Assembly (NCBI RefSeq): GCF_963921235.1
Contig: NC_086101.1
Coordinates: 8,806,001 to 8,870,000 of the forward strand
DNA: 64,000 bases
DNA from: Mobula hypostoma
Taxonomy: Eukaryota
Reading direction: 5' to 3'
This document shows, in pieces, positions 12,912 to 24,989 of the stretch. The position numbers and the translations under genes were made by a program. Within the stretch, counting starts at the first letter, position 1. Each line of letters starts with the position of its first letter. Under the pieces are notes generated by a model. It ran no database searches and had not been told where the DNA came from. It worked only from the letters and a program-made list of their open reading frames with translations.

Positions 12912-13129
12912 GGTGGCGACCCACCTTCTGCACAAGCGAACCGGCTCACAAAATAGCCCGCGCGCGGGAGAGACTTTTGTACTGCACATCTGACGTCATT
13001 TCCGCCCGGAGAGGGCTGGAAGGGAACTGCTTAAAAGCCAGTGCCACCAAGTTTGAATAAACGAGTCTCGAGTGCGATTTACAGACTGCATGTCATTATT
13101 TCTAGCTCTGTGTGTAGCACATGGCTACA
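12912..13129 (+). repeat. 3' LTR
   Basis: Direct repeat of the 5' LTR; first base T>G; ends GCTACA. Confidence 0.93.
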
Positions 13130-13571
13130 TTGTTTTGTATCAATGACCTACACAGTCTGTCTGATGATTGTGCTGGGATCAGCCAGCACGTGTTGCCACA
13201 CTCTGGCACCAAAATAGCATGTCCAAACCTTCACCGTACATCTCTGGGTAGCCTCCAACCAGAACATCGATCTCTCTAATGGTCCACTCTTCTTTCCTAT
13301 CAGATTTTTTGTTCTTTATCGCCCGTCAGGAGGAAATTAGACTGCATTCCTATTTCATTTTGAATCAGATGCTGCAACAACCAAAACAAAACAGAAAATA
13401 CTTGAAATCTGCAGCAGGACAGACAACGTTTCAATCAAATCCCGGACATCAACGTTGAATACAAACTCCGTTCCTCTCTCCACAGATCCTGACCGACCTG
13501 TTGTGATTCTCATACATCTCCTGGGTATAAAATGGGTCTAAGACTGACGATACAGTTATAGAATAGGCATT

Positions 13572-16055
13572 GAGAGCAGAGCACCCCTGTGGTCGTTTCC
13601 CTCAAAAAAAAGAATACCGCTTTGGATACTTTTGTGGGGGAAGACATCCCGGGTGAATGCCACGGCGACCGGGTTACAGTCACTGAGTATGGTTCCATGG
13701 TGCAGAAGGGAAAGAGAAAAAAGGGAGTGGTAGTGATAGCGGACTCGATAGTGAGGGGAACTGACAGGAGATTCTGTGAACCTGATCGGGACGCCCGGAT
13801 GGTATGTTGCCTCCCAGGAGCCAGGGTGGGGGATGTCATATATCACGTCCACAACATTTTGGAGATGGTGGGGGAGCAGCCAGATATTTTGGTACATATT
13901 GGTACCAATGACCTAGGAAGGAAAAGCAATGTGGTCTTGAAAAGAGAATTTAGAGAGCTAGGTGCAAACCGGAGAAGCAGGACTGCCCAGGTAGTAATTT
14001 CTGGACTGCTGCCTGTGCCATGCACCAGTGAGGGTAAAAACAGGATGATTTGGCAGATAAATGTGTGGCTGAGAAGCTGCTGCAGGGGTCAGGGCTTCAG
14101 GTTCTTGGATCATTGGGATCTCTTCTGGGGGAGGCATTACCTGTTCAAAAGTGACAGGTTGCACTTGAATCCGAGGGGGACCAATATTCTCGCGGGCAAG
14201 TTTGTTAGAGCTATTGGGGAGGGTTTAAACTAATTTGGCTTGGGGGTGGAAACTGAAGTGAAGGGACTCAGGATAGGACAGATAGTAAGAAAGTAAATAT
14301 AGCGTGCAGTCAGACTGTCAGGAAGGGCAGGCAGGTGATGGGACTAAGTTGCAGCCAACAGGCTGAGTATTAAATCATTAGGGATGCAGAAACCGAAAGG
14401 ACAGCAAATACGGTACTCAAGTTGTTATATTTAAATGCACGTAGTATAAGAAATTAAGTGGATGATCTTGTTGCACTATTACAGATTGCCAGGTATGATG
14501 TTATGGCCATCACTGAATCGTGGCTGAAGGATGGTTGTAGTTGGGAGCTGAATGTCCAAGGTTACATGTTATATCAGAGGTGTAGGAAGGTATGCAGAGG
14601 GGATGGTGTGGCTCTACTGTAAATAATGGCATCAAATTATTGGAAAGATGTGACATAGGATCAGAAGATGTTGAGTCTTTCTGGGTTGAGTTAAGAAACC
14701 ACAAGGGTAAAAGGACGTTAATGGAAGTTATATACAGGACTCCCAACAGTGGCTGGGAGGTGGAACACAGGTTACAACAGGAAATGGAAAAGGCAAGTCA
14801 AAAGAACGTGCAGGTTGATCGGGAAAATCAGGTTCGATCTCAAGAGAGTGAGTTGATGAAGGCCTAAGAAATGGCGTTTTAGAGCAGATTGTCATAGAGC
14901 CTACTCGGGGATCAGCTGTACTGGATTGGGTGTAATGTAATGAACCGGAGGTGATTAGGGATCTTAAGGTAAAAGAACCCTTCAGAACCAGTGATCACAA
15001 TATGATTGAGATCAACTTGAAATTTGATGGGGAGAAAGTAAAGTCTGATGTAGCAGTATTTCAGTTGAGTAAGGGAAGTTACAGTAGTAATTGTAATGAA
15101 AGATGAGTTGGCCAAAGTAAATTGGAAGGAGCTGCTGGCAGGGATGTCAGCAGAGCAGCAATGGTTGCGTTTCTGTGGAGAATTAGGAAGGTGCAGGGCA
15201 TATGTATTCCAAAAATGAAGAAATACTCAAAAGGTAAAATAGTACAACCGTGGCTGACAAAGGAAGTTAAAGCTATTGTAAAAGCAAAAGAAAGGGCATA
15301 CAACAATGCAAAAATTAGTGGGAATGTAGAAGATTGGGAAGTTTTTAAAAACCTACAGAGAGCAACTAAAAAAAATCATTGGCAGGGAAAAGATGAAATA
15401 TGATGGCAAGCTAGCAAATGTCAAAGTAGATAGTAAAAGTTTTTTCAAGTATGTTAAAAATAAAAGAAAATTAAGAGTGGATATAGAACTACCAGAAAGT
15501 GAGGCAGGAGGAATAATAATGGGGGTCAAGGAGATGGCTGATGAACTAAACGTGTATTTTGCGTCAGTCTTCACTGGAAGCAGTTACTGTTACAAGAGAG
15601 AAGGTGCTCAAAAAGCTGAAAGACCTAAAGGTATATAAATCACCAAGACCAGAGAAACTGCATGCTAGGGTTCTGAAAGAGTTAGGTTAGAAACTGTGGT
15701 GGCATTAGAAATGATCTTTCAAAAATCATTGGACTCTGGCATAGTGCCAGAGGACTGGAAAAATGCAAATGTCACTCCAGTCTTGAAGAAAGGAGGAAGG
15801 CAGCAGAAAGGAAATTATAGACCAGTTAGCCTGACCTCAGTGGTTGAGAAGGTGATAGAATCACTTGTGAAGGACGAGGTGATGGGAGTACCTGGTGACA
15901 CAGGACAAGATAGTACAAAGTCAGCATGGTTTCCTTCAGTGAAAATCCTGCCTGACAAACCTGTTGGAATTAGAGTCATAGAGAAGTACAGCACAGAAAC
16001 AGGCCCTTCAGTCCATCAAGTCCATGCCAAATCTTTGAGGGGATTACAAGTAGGA
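13572..16055 (+). mobile_element. CR1 LINE, decayed and 3' truncated (ORF1 esterase and ORF2 5' part)
   Basis: ORF 13589-14233 (ADSIVRG, HIGTND, RLHLN) then NARSI and GNYRPVSLTS with many stops; a short inverted CR1 tail is inserted at ~15971-16030. Confidence 0.88.
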
Positions 16056-16396
16056 TCCACTTTCTCCTCATGTCAAATTCCCAATTCTTCACCCTTTGTC
16101 ACTGACACCTCTCATCTCCTCGTATCTGACACATTTCCACCCCTCCCTCATCTATTACCCCTCACCTGGATCCACCCATCACCTGTCTATTTTCTTCCAC
16201 AGATGTTATCTGACACGCCGTGAGTCTCCGGCGATTTGCATGTTACCAACACAATATGTCCCGTGTTACCAAGATTCAACCCGACTTTCCTCTCCCAGTC
16301 AGCACCACCAGCACTTGTCCCAGTTACCCTGTCAGACCCGGTAGACGGATGCGGTGAACGAGATAAAATTAATGGATCAATAATTCTCACATCGTG

Positions 16397-16402
16397 TTTA
16401 TT
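16397..16402 (-). terminator. Polyadenylation signal of the TRIM gene
   Basis: AATAAA on the minus strand ~65 nt after the stop codon; also retained in the paralogous remnant at ~61471. Confidence 0.7.
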
Positions 16403-16466
16403 TCACTCTGCGCACATTTATATTTACACTGACTTACTCCTGACGCCGGTCCCGGACCCGACCCCT

Positions 16467-16999
16467 TTACAGACCCGGAGCGGAACCGGAGCAGATTCTC
16501 AGCCACTGGTTTTCATTCCAAGTCCAGAAGAAAGGATAAAGTTTCCCGGTGAATTTGTTCCCAGTGAAGGTGTGGAGATGGGACTTGGTCTCCGTGTTGT
16601 AAAATGAAAGTGTCCCGGACTCGTAACTGAGATAAACTTCCACCCTCCCGGGGATGGGACCGGCAGGGAGACGGGATCGAGGGGTGTTGTAAACCCACAT
16701 CTTGTCATTAACCCGCGCGATGGTCCAGAATCCGAGCCTCGGACTCACTTTGAACTTTCCCTTCCTCTCCACCGACTCTGCGGCGACTCCCAGACACCAG
16801 CACCAGTTCCCCGTCACCTCCACCTCCCAGTAATGTCTCCCCGATGTGAACCCCTCCGATCCCAGCACACAAGCCCGGCCTGTGAACCTCTTCCCGGTGT
16901 CAGGGAGATCCCTCTGGGTCCCGGTCCGTCTCACACTCTTCCGATCCTCAGACACCTCGAGCTCCGGATGCGCCGTTTCCACATCCAGGGTGACAGAGA
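16467..16999 (-). CDS. TRIM exon 6: PRY-SPRY (B30.2) domain
   Basis: Acceptor CTTCTCCCCCCAG|TC; (V)SVTLDVETAHPELEVSED...GRHYWEVEV...KLYPFFWTW...GL-stop. Confidence 0.95.
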
Positions 17000-19900
17000 C
17001 TGGGGGGAGAAGCAGAGAATTAGAGAGTCCCCGGGGATCGGGGGAGACTCGGGCAGCGCGGCCCCGGGACCGGCGGAAAGACCGATGGGGCTCGGGCACA
17101 GTCGGATGGCCGACAGGACCCTTTCCCGGGGTTTTGCCCAACCACAGCGGATGGACAACCAGCATCTTCCCGAGATTTTTCCTCGACACGGAGAGAGGAC
17201 TCTTCTTGATTAACACACACAAAATTCTGGAGGATCTCAGCGGATCAAACAGCATGAATTAAGGAAGGTTTCAAGCCGAGACCTTTCCTCAAGATTGGAA
17301 AGAAAGACGGGAGATAGCAGTGTACTCGGGTATGAGGAAGGGGGCGCAACAACAACTGGATCAAGATGAGGATGGGGTGAGTGAACACTGGAGGCACGGG
17401 AGCTAGGGCTTTATTCTTTGGAGAGAAGGAGGTTGAGAGGAGACATGATAGAGGTGTATAAGGTAATAAGAGGAATAGATAGAGTGGATAGCCAGCGCCT
17501 CTTCCCCAGGGCACCACTGCTCAATACAGGAGGACATAGCTTTAAGGTAAGTGGTGGGAAGTTCAAGGGGGTTATTAGAGGAAGGTCTTTTACTCAGAGA
17601 GTGGTTGGTACGTGGAATACACTGCCTGAGTCGGTGGTGGAGGCAGATACACTAGTGAAGTTTAAGAGACTACTAGACAAGTATATGGAGGAATTTATGT
17701 GGGGGCTTATACGGGAGGCAGGGTTTGAGGGTCGGCCCAACATTGTGGGGGTCGAAGGGCCTGTACTGTGCTGTACCATTCTATGTTCTATATTCTATTT
17801 AAAGAGGACGGAAGGCAGAATTCATTCGTGCTGACCAACTCACTTTAATGAACTAGTTCCATTTGCCTGTATTTGCCCATTATTCCTTTAACACTTTCCC
17901 ACCCACGTACCCATCCAGATGTCTTTTAAATCATTGAACTGTATCCATCTCTACGGTTTCGTTTGGCAGCCTCCTGAGCTCCAGGAAAAAAGTCCCCAAA
18001 TATCCAGCCTCTCCTTATAACCCAAACCCTCCAGTCTCAGTAACATCCTTGTAAATCTGTTTCATACCCTCTCAGTTTAATGACATCCTTCTTGTGGAAA
18101 GGTAACCAGATCCAAATCATAAAGACAAGAAAGTCTGCGGATGCTGGAAATCCAAAGCAACACACACAAAACCTTGGACCAAATCATTGAGAGTTTATTC
18201 ATTTCCATAGATGCTGCCTGATCTGCTGAGTTCCTCCAGCAGTTTGTGTGTGTTATTCTGCTCCAAATGTGGCCTTACCAATGTCTTGTACACTCATAAC
18301 ATGAGGTCCCAGCTCCTGTACTCAATATTCTGGCTGTTAAAGACAATCACCTCCTGGTCTGTCTGTTCCACAACATTCTCCTGGGGCCTCACTGATTCCT
18401 GTGTTAGTCCTGTCTTGGTTTGCCTTTGAAAATGCAACACCCTCATCTCTGAATTAAAATCAATTTCCATCCAATGGCCCAGAGACCGAATTAATTAAGA
18501 TCTCATTGTAATCTTGGATAAAGCATGAGCAACAGGGTTATGTAGTGGATAACACAATACTGTTGCACCATGGGGAGTTCTGGAGTTCAGAGATCAATTC
18601 GGACACCATCTGTAAGGAGTTTGTACGGTCTCCCCGAGACCTCATGCCTTTCCTCTGGGTGCTCTCGATTCATCCCTCAGATTGGGGAGGAGTGGACAGT
18701 GAGGAAGACCATCATTACTTGCAGTGGGATCTGGAGCAGCTGGAAAAATGGGCTGAAAAGTGTCAGCTGGTATTTAATGCAGACAAGTGTGAGCTGTTGC
18801 ACTTTGGTAGGACCCCAGTGTAGGTCTTACACAGTGAATGTTCGGGCACTAAGGCTCTGTTCCACAGCAGATCTGGGTACACAGGTCCATAATACATTGA
18901 AAGTAGTGTTAGAGGTAGATAATGTTGAAAAAAAAAGCTTTTGTCACATTGGGCTTCATAAATCAATGTATTGAATACAGGAGATGGGATGTTATGTTGA
19001 AGTTGTATGAGACCTGGTGAGGCCTAATTTGCGATATTGTGTACAGTTTTGGTCACCTACCTAAAGGAAAGATGTAAACAAGATTGAAAGAGTACAGAGA
19101 AAATTTACAGGGATGTAGCTAGGACTGGAGGACCTGAGGCATAAGGAAAGATTGAATAGTTTAGGACTTTATTCCTTGTAACATAGAAGACTGAGGGGAG
19201 ATTTGATAGAGGTATACAAAATTATGAGGGGTATGGGTAGGGTAAATGCAAGAAGGCTTTTTCCACAGAGGTTGGGTGGGATTACAACCAGAGGTCATGG
19301 GTTAAGGGTGAAAGATGAAAAGTTTAAGAGGAACATGAGGGGAAACTGCTTCATTCAGAGGGTTGTGAGAGTGTGAACAAGCAGCCAGTCCAAGTGGTAC
19401 ATGCAAGCTCGATTTAAACATTGAAGAGAAGTTTGGACAGGTACATGGATGGTAGGAGTTGGAGGACGATGGGAGCAGGTAGTTTAAATGCAGGTCGATG
19501 GGAACAGGTAGTTTAAATGTTTTGGTACAGACCAGGTGGGCTGAAGGGCCTGTACTGTTAGTTTCTATCACTCTGTCACGCTCGTACAAAGACATGACGG
19601 TTTGTAGGTTAAATGGTCATTGTACATTGCCCCGTGATTAGGCTAGTTTTAAATAGTTGGGCTGCTGGGTGGAGCAGGTCATTGGTCTGGGACGGTCTGT
19701 TTCACACTGTATCTAATTAAATAAATAACCCTTCACTGTCCGTGAAACCACCAATTTTAGAGTCCTTCACAAACCTACTAAACACGTCACCTACGTTCTC
19801 TCCAAATCATTCATATGAAAGATGAAAAGCAGTGGACCCAGCACCGATCCCTGCAGCACAACCGCTGGTCACAGGACTCCACCCAGCCAATTCTGTATCC

Positions 19901-22900
19901 TATTCCAGATCGTACTGTATCCCATGTGATCTAACTCTCTGCTACCTTGTCAAATCCCTCGCTAAACTCCATGGAGACGATGTCTACCGCACTTTCATCA
20001 GCTGTAATTTATTTATTGAGATACAGCACGGAATAGGCCCTTCCGGCCCTTTGACCCCCATCACCCAGCAACCCCTGATTTACCGAGCCTGACCATGGGA
20101 CAAGTTACAATGACCCCCACCACCCAGAAACCCCTGATTTAATCCGAGCCTGACCATGGGACAAGTTACAATGACCAATTAACCTGCCAAAGAGTACGGG
20201 TTTGGACTGTGAAACCGGAGCACCTGGAAGAAACCCACGTGGTCATGGGCAACGTACAAACTCCTTACAGGCAGTGACGGGACATGAACCCAGGTCACTG
20301 GTACTGTAAAGTGTTGTGCTAACCACTATGCTACCGTACCGTCCATGCAGAAAACCAAACTGGGTATCCCTGATTAGTCCTCGCCTTTCCAAATGAATGT
20401 AGATCCTGTCTCTCAGAATCCCCTCCATTAATGTTCCCTCCACTGACGTTAGGCTCACCGGTCTGTACTTCCCCGGCTTTTCCCTACAGTCGATCTTCAA
20501 TAAATGTTCAACATTAGTCTCCCTCCATTCTTCTGGCCCCTCACCCACAGTTAACGATGACACACATATCTCCAAACTGTGCTCCTCACTTTCCTCCTGA
20601 GCTTCCCACAAAGTCCTGGGCTACACTTGATCAGGACCTGGAGATTTATCGACCTTTCTGTATTTTAGGATCTGCAGCACATTTGCTTCTGTAATGTGGT
20701 GGAAAATGAGGTTGATCTTGCTGTAACACAGGAGAGTTGAGAGCCCCGTGGAATTGGCACAGGAGTTGAGGACTGGGACAGAGAATTGATGTCAGGGAAG
20801 ATTTAGAAGGATATGGGCCAAATGCAGGTAAATGGACTGTGAGGTGATCTGACAGAAATATATAAGTTTATGAGGGGTGTAGATTGAGCAGAGGAGAAGG
20901 GGAGTGATGAGACAGGAGTCTGAAGTGAATATGGACTGAGGATTGGTGAAAGATGGCAGGCAGGTTTCTCCAGGTAGTGGAAGGGTGGGGAGTGTGGACT
21001 GTGGAATTGGGAGACCCTGGGAAGTAATGACAGGTGGAGACCAACACAATGAAAATTTTGATTGCTAGTCGGAGTGAGTTTGCAGGGAAGGTTGGTAGAT
21101 TGGAAGGTGGGAGGCAGCTGTGAGAGGGTGAAAAACAGGAGCATAAAGGCCGACCTGTGCTGGAATCTTATCAGTAAAGGAGGTTCCACTCTATCTGCCC
21201 AAAGGGGAACTTCTCAGTGGCCAAACATTTTAATTCCCATTCCAAAACGTCGGTCCATGGCCGTCTCTTGCGCCAAGATGAGGCCAACCTCAGGATGGAG
21301 GAGCAACACCTTATATTCTGCCTGGGTAGCCTGTGACCTGATGGCATGAATATTGATTTCTTCTTCATGTAAAATTTTTCTCATCTCCTCCCCTCTTCTT
21401 CTATTCCCCACTCTGGCCTTTAACCTCTTCTCACTTCTCTATCACTACTCCCTGGGTCACCTCCTCCTTCCCTTTCTCTTATGGTCCACTCTCCTCTCTG
21501 ATCAGATTCCTTCTTCTCCAGCCCTTTAGCTTTCCCACCCTGCTGGCTTCACCTATCACCTTCTAGCTAGCCTCACTCCCCTCTCCCCACCTTTTTATTC
21601 TGGCATCTCCCCCCTTCAATTTCAGTCCTGAAGAAGGATCACAGCCCAAAATATCAACTTTCTCACTGTGAGGGAAGTGGGTACAAGTGGAATTTGCTGC
21701 CAAAGGAAGCCGTATAAACAGGTATAATTAAAATATTATAAAATTAATTTAGACAGGTACCACGATAGGCAATGTTTAGAAGGATAAGGGACAAACACAT
21801 GGAAATGTGTCTGTGTCTCTGACAATGTGTCCCATTCCGATGTTGCATTTGGATATTATAAATATATTACTGTGTCTGAAGAGAATAGTTTCCAGGTTAC
21901 TGAGGGGAATAACAATGTGCACTGCTGAGGTTCTGACTACAGTCTGCTAAACCTTCTTGTGAATGTGTGTGAGGGAGATTTGCCAGACCAGTTATGCTGT
22001 GTTAACCAGTGTTAATGCTGCTTGGTGTGTCTGGGCTCAGTCTTCGATGTGGTGGTGTGATAACAACAGTGAGACTGGCGAGTACAGCAGGGGGCAGAGC
22101 TGAGTTAATCAGAGTCTGCAATCCCTTTCACCGCAGTGATACCAGATTTTATCCCCTTTAATGTCATTAATGGAATATTAATTCCAGAGCTACCATGTCA
22201 GGATTCAAACTGATGCATTGGCTTGTTTGTCCAGTGCAAATGGGATCAGGATGCAATGATTCACCTAACAGACCAGTGAATTGGTTGTATTTTGCCCCTG
22301 GTTTGGTGTGTTCAAGGGCCTGGCATCTCCAGCTGACCATGTGGCTGTGATGTGTCCCAGCAGGTGGGGTTGGTGCCAGAATGAATCTGTATGTTTTACC
22401 TCGCTTAATGCCGTCCAACGGTTCTCCCAATGCTGCGTCGAACAAATAGGGGTGATAGAATTTTTCAACCAGTAGGGCACCATCTGTCACTGACAATGTC
22501 CGTTCTTCATCACCGATCCTGTAAATATTATACAGGTAGATATAAACTGAACATCAGTGATATTTGAACTATTTTACAAATCCATACAGAGTTTCAGTAA
22601 AGACCATGTCCTACCTCCTCTTCCGACGAGCTTCCTCCTGAAATTAAAAAAAAAACACAGATTTCAGTTGACTGAGACTGACCATTGGCATCCCGACCGC
22701 AGGAATCTGAGACAAGTTATTACAAACTGCTGAAAATCCCCACTTACTCCCACTGACACACACGGGGAAAAAGGGACACAGAACCGCGGGAGAAAGTACA
22801 AGGAATGTTTATGAAAATTATACCATAACTGTGAGGATGGAACTTACAGGAGAGACTGGACAAGTTGTGCATTTTTATCTGGATACGATGTCAGGGATGA

Positions 22901-24566
22901 TCAGATGGAGGAATTTAACATTCCGAATGGATTTGATGGGGTGGGAGTGGAGAAAATATTTATCCTTATGTCAGACCAAAAGTCCCACAAAATCCCACAA
23001 AAAATGTGGTGAAGATAATATCAGAAACACACTCACAGCCTGTGACTGTAACTGGGTGTTACTCTGAGTATCAGGGGTTATTGTATGTGAGAATCACAGA
23101 AACGATCACCAGCTCAGTGCTCTGATCAGAGTAACTCATTCCCGAGAAGGTTGCAGACTGTCCTGTCATGTACAGATGTTGTGGGAGGCCAGTTTCGGAC
23201 AATCACAATTCTAAACAATTAAGACAATTAACAATAATGGTGGAAATCAGTTTCCAGCAACAGTATCAATGATAAAATACATCATTTTGTGACTGGGCAC
23301 TTTTACAGAAGCAAACTGAAATCTCTCACCATGAGAAATATCACACTGTCTTGTTGATCCATCTGTTCCTGTAACTTTGAGATTTCCTCCTGAATAGAAT
23401 TTAAATTCTCTTGAATCTCTTGAAGATTTTTCTCCATTGGATTCAGAATCCTCTCCTCTTCTTCCCTGAGATCTCGGAGTGCGTGCTGCTCTTTCTCAGT
23501 GAGAACCCGGCGCAGTTCAGCAAAATGGGATGTGATCTGGGACTGAAGGCTGTGTGTCTGTTCCTGCCAAATGAAAGGAGAGGCTAGTTTACTACTTGAG
23601 GCTATTTTCTGTATTTCTTTCTGACATGAAAGGTAACCATTCAGCCCATTAACGTCTCTGATGGCTCTCAGAACAATCCCCTCCATCACATACCCCCACG
23701 TCTCCCTGAAACATATACTCCGTCTCTGACCCACTAACTCCGACCTGATTCACAGCCCACTCACAATCACAAGGTTAATTACAGTAGCCACTTTACCGTT
23801 CAACCATGCAATGTCGGCTAAAGGAAGGTACTAGTTACGGAGAGAACATGCAAACTCCACGCAGACAGCTCCAGGGGTCAGGATCTATCACAGGTTACTG
23901 GAGCTGCGGTACTCTGCTATTCTGCATTAAAGGGAACAAAACTACACAGCGAATTTGTAAATTCTGCTCTGGAAGCCTCACCCGAACTCCAGAAATCTTC
24001 TCTTTCTGTTGTTGCTCCATTTCCTCGAAGTCTGATTTCTTTTTAGAGAGAGAGTCTAAGGAAGATTGAACCCGACCCTGGGAATCAGAGAGTAAAGACA
24101 TTAGACCAAAACATGCAACTAAGTAAACAACTGATCAAAACCTGGTTAGTTTTACCTTGTAGATTTCAACGGCTTCGTTAACCGGCATGAAGTTGTGAGA
24201 CTTGTGTTCCCGCGCAGTCGCACAGATCAGGCAGATCAGTGTCTTGTCCGTCTCACAAAACAGCTTCAGTTCTTCCTCATGTTTCTCGCAGTGAAGTTTA
24301 CTTTCCTTCTCTTTCGGGTTCAGGTTTAGTTTTCGAGCTTTCTCAGACAGATTTGCTAAGGCCCGATTGACTTTGAAGGTGCGGTCTGTAAACTCCTCTC
24401 TACATTCCGGGCAGGAGTTTCTCTCCTCCCTTTCCCAACACCGTGTGATACAGGAGCGGCAGAAGTTGTGTCCACAGTCCAATATAACCGGCTCGGTGAA
24501 GAAATCCAGGCAGATGGGACAAATTACCTCCTCGGTCCAACTCTCGACCTGTTCTTTCGAAGCCAT
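16467..24566 (-). CDS. Tripartite-motif (TRIM) E3 ubiquitin ligase with RING, B-box, coiled coil and PRY-SPRY/B30.2 (zinc-binding protein A33 / nuclear factor 7 / TRIM39-like class); 6 coding exons, 471 aa
   Basis: Exons 24566-24156 (411 nt), 24077-23982 (96), 23563-23330 (234), 22637-22615 (23), 22518-22400 (119) and 16999-16467 (533) total 1416 nt in one open frame, with GT..AG at all introns. C3HC4 RING (CPIC..CGHNFC..C..CPEC), B-box (CEKH..C..D..CLIC..H..H) and PRY-SPRY (VTLD..TAHP, GRHYWEVEV, LYPFF) are intact. Exact orthology cannot be assigned. Confidence 0.93.
17419..17792 (+). mobile_element. CR1 3' end in TRIM intron 5
   Basis: ERRRLRGDMIEVYK..FTQRVV, tail TTCTATGTTCTA. Confidence 0.88.
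18530..19727 (+). mobile_element. tRNA-derived V-SINE-like element split by a CR1 3' fragment (~18672-19575)
   Basis: SINE head and CTGTAAGGAGTTTGTACG core at ~18530-18668; resumes AAAGAC..GGTCATTGTA..TAAATAAATAA at ~19588-19727; decayed CR1 RT in between. Confidence 0.65.
20060..20342 (-). mobile_element. tRNA-derived V-SINE-like element with internal tandem duplication
   Basis: A box TAGCATAGTGG, B-box-like GGTTCATGTCC, core GGTGCTCCGGTTTC; a ~45-bp segment is duplicated at ~20070 and ~20129. Confidence 0.72.
20343..20700 (-). mobile_element. CR1 ORF2 fragment
   Basis: KPGKYRPVSLTS..RDTQFGF. Confidence 0.8.
21170..21660 (+). mobile_element. Penelope-like element 3' fragment
   Basis: RMEEQHLIFCLGSL..MNIDF (GIY-YIG C-terminus), pyrimidine-rich UTR and a decayed hammerhead-like end; homologous to 61.7-62.2 kb. 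Confidence 0.75.
22400..22518 (-). CDS. TRIM exon 5: linker (119 nt)
   Basis: Acceptor TTTACAG|G, donor CGAG|GTAAAA; IGDEERTLSVTDGALLVEKFYHPYLFDAALGEPLDGIKR; ends in phase 1, matching exon 6. Confidence 0.85.
22615..22637 (-). CDS. TRIM exon 4: 23-nt micro-exon
   Basis: Poly-T tract then TTTCAG|GAGGAAGCTCGTCGGAAGAGGAG|GTAGG; required to keep the frame between exons 3 and 5. Confidence 0.85.
23330..23563 (-). CDS. TRIM exon 3: coiled coil (234 nt)
   Basis: Acceptor TTTGGCAG|GAA, donor ATG|GTGAGA; EQTHSLQSQITSHFAELRRVL...DSVIFLM with heptad-like pattern. Confidence 0.92.
23982..24077 (-). CDS. TRIM exon 2: coiled coil (96 nt)
   Basis: Acceptor TTCCCAG|GGT, donor CGG|GTGAGG; GRVQSSLDSLSKKKSDFEEMEQQQKEKISGVR. 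Confidence 0.9.
24156..24566 (-). CDS. TRIM exon 1: RING and B-box
   Basis: ATG at 24566; MASKEQVESWTEEVICPICLDFF...EIYK; donor AAG|GTAAAA, phase 0. Confidence 0.95.
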
Positions 24567-24670
24567 TTTAACTCTCGGTACTTCCTGGTTCAGGATCCTT
24601 TCACTTTCGGGAGCTGCTGAACGCCTGCGGTACCGCGATTGTCCACTAGGGGCGCTGCCGTCTCGGGAAT
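24567..24670 (-). promoter_or_regulatory. TRIM proximal promoter / 5' UTR with IRF-E/ISRE core and ETS site
   Basis: Minus strand GAAAGTGAAA at 24608-24599 and CAGGAAGT at 24587-24580; locally CpG-rich. Confidence 0.6.
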
Positions 24671-24989
24671 GAATGTTCCTTTTCAGTGAGCGTGAATCGT
24701 GTTCATTTCCACAGCAGGGATCAGAAACACATTAAACAAGTCTAACATAGATAAAGCCGGAGAGGAGAGCTTGGTTCAGTCTACGGCAGAACTGAAGGGA
24801 CAAGTCCTAAAAATATGTTTTCGTGGCCATTACAGAAACATGCTTGCAAGGTGGAGATGACTGGGAATTAAATATCCAAGGGTATCAGGTAATACGGAAA
24901 GATAGACAGGAAGGCAGAGGAGGTGGGGAGGCGCTTTTGATTAGGGATGAGATCAGGGCGATTGTGAGAATCGATATAAGATCTAAGGT

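Larger units (their letters stand above)
9590..13129 (+). mobile_element. Ty3/Gypsy LTR retrotransposon with two LTRs, decayed, RNase H region deleted
   Basis: LTRs at 9590-9806 and 12912-13129; PBS; gag (VSLKLPTFW..CFYHQRWG..C); protease LVDTGA; RT YLDD; integrase H..H..C..C, D..D..E and GPF motifs; G-rich PPT ~12897-12911; several premature stops. Confidence 0.95.

Noticed and set aside
9590..13129. Recombinant of two insertions, suggested by diverged LTRs and no clear TSD (TTTA vs TTGT)
   Set aside because: The flanks appear to continue one host repeat across the insertion, so an aged single insertion with a decayed TSD is simpler. Not fully excluded.
20270..20342. tRNA gene
   Set aside because: A and B boxes are present but run into a SINE core without a cloverleaf; it is a SINE head.
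21622..21660. Active hammerhead in the intronic Penelope fragment
   Set aside because: CTGAAGA is present, but the GAAA and stem III region are degenerate (CCCAAAATATC), so it is likely inactive.
22167..22399. Extensions of TRIM exon ORFs beyond splice donors (also 24135-24155, 23895-23981, 23564-23734)
   Set aside because: They are intronic read-through past canonical splice sites; the spliced model gives the coherent protein.
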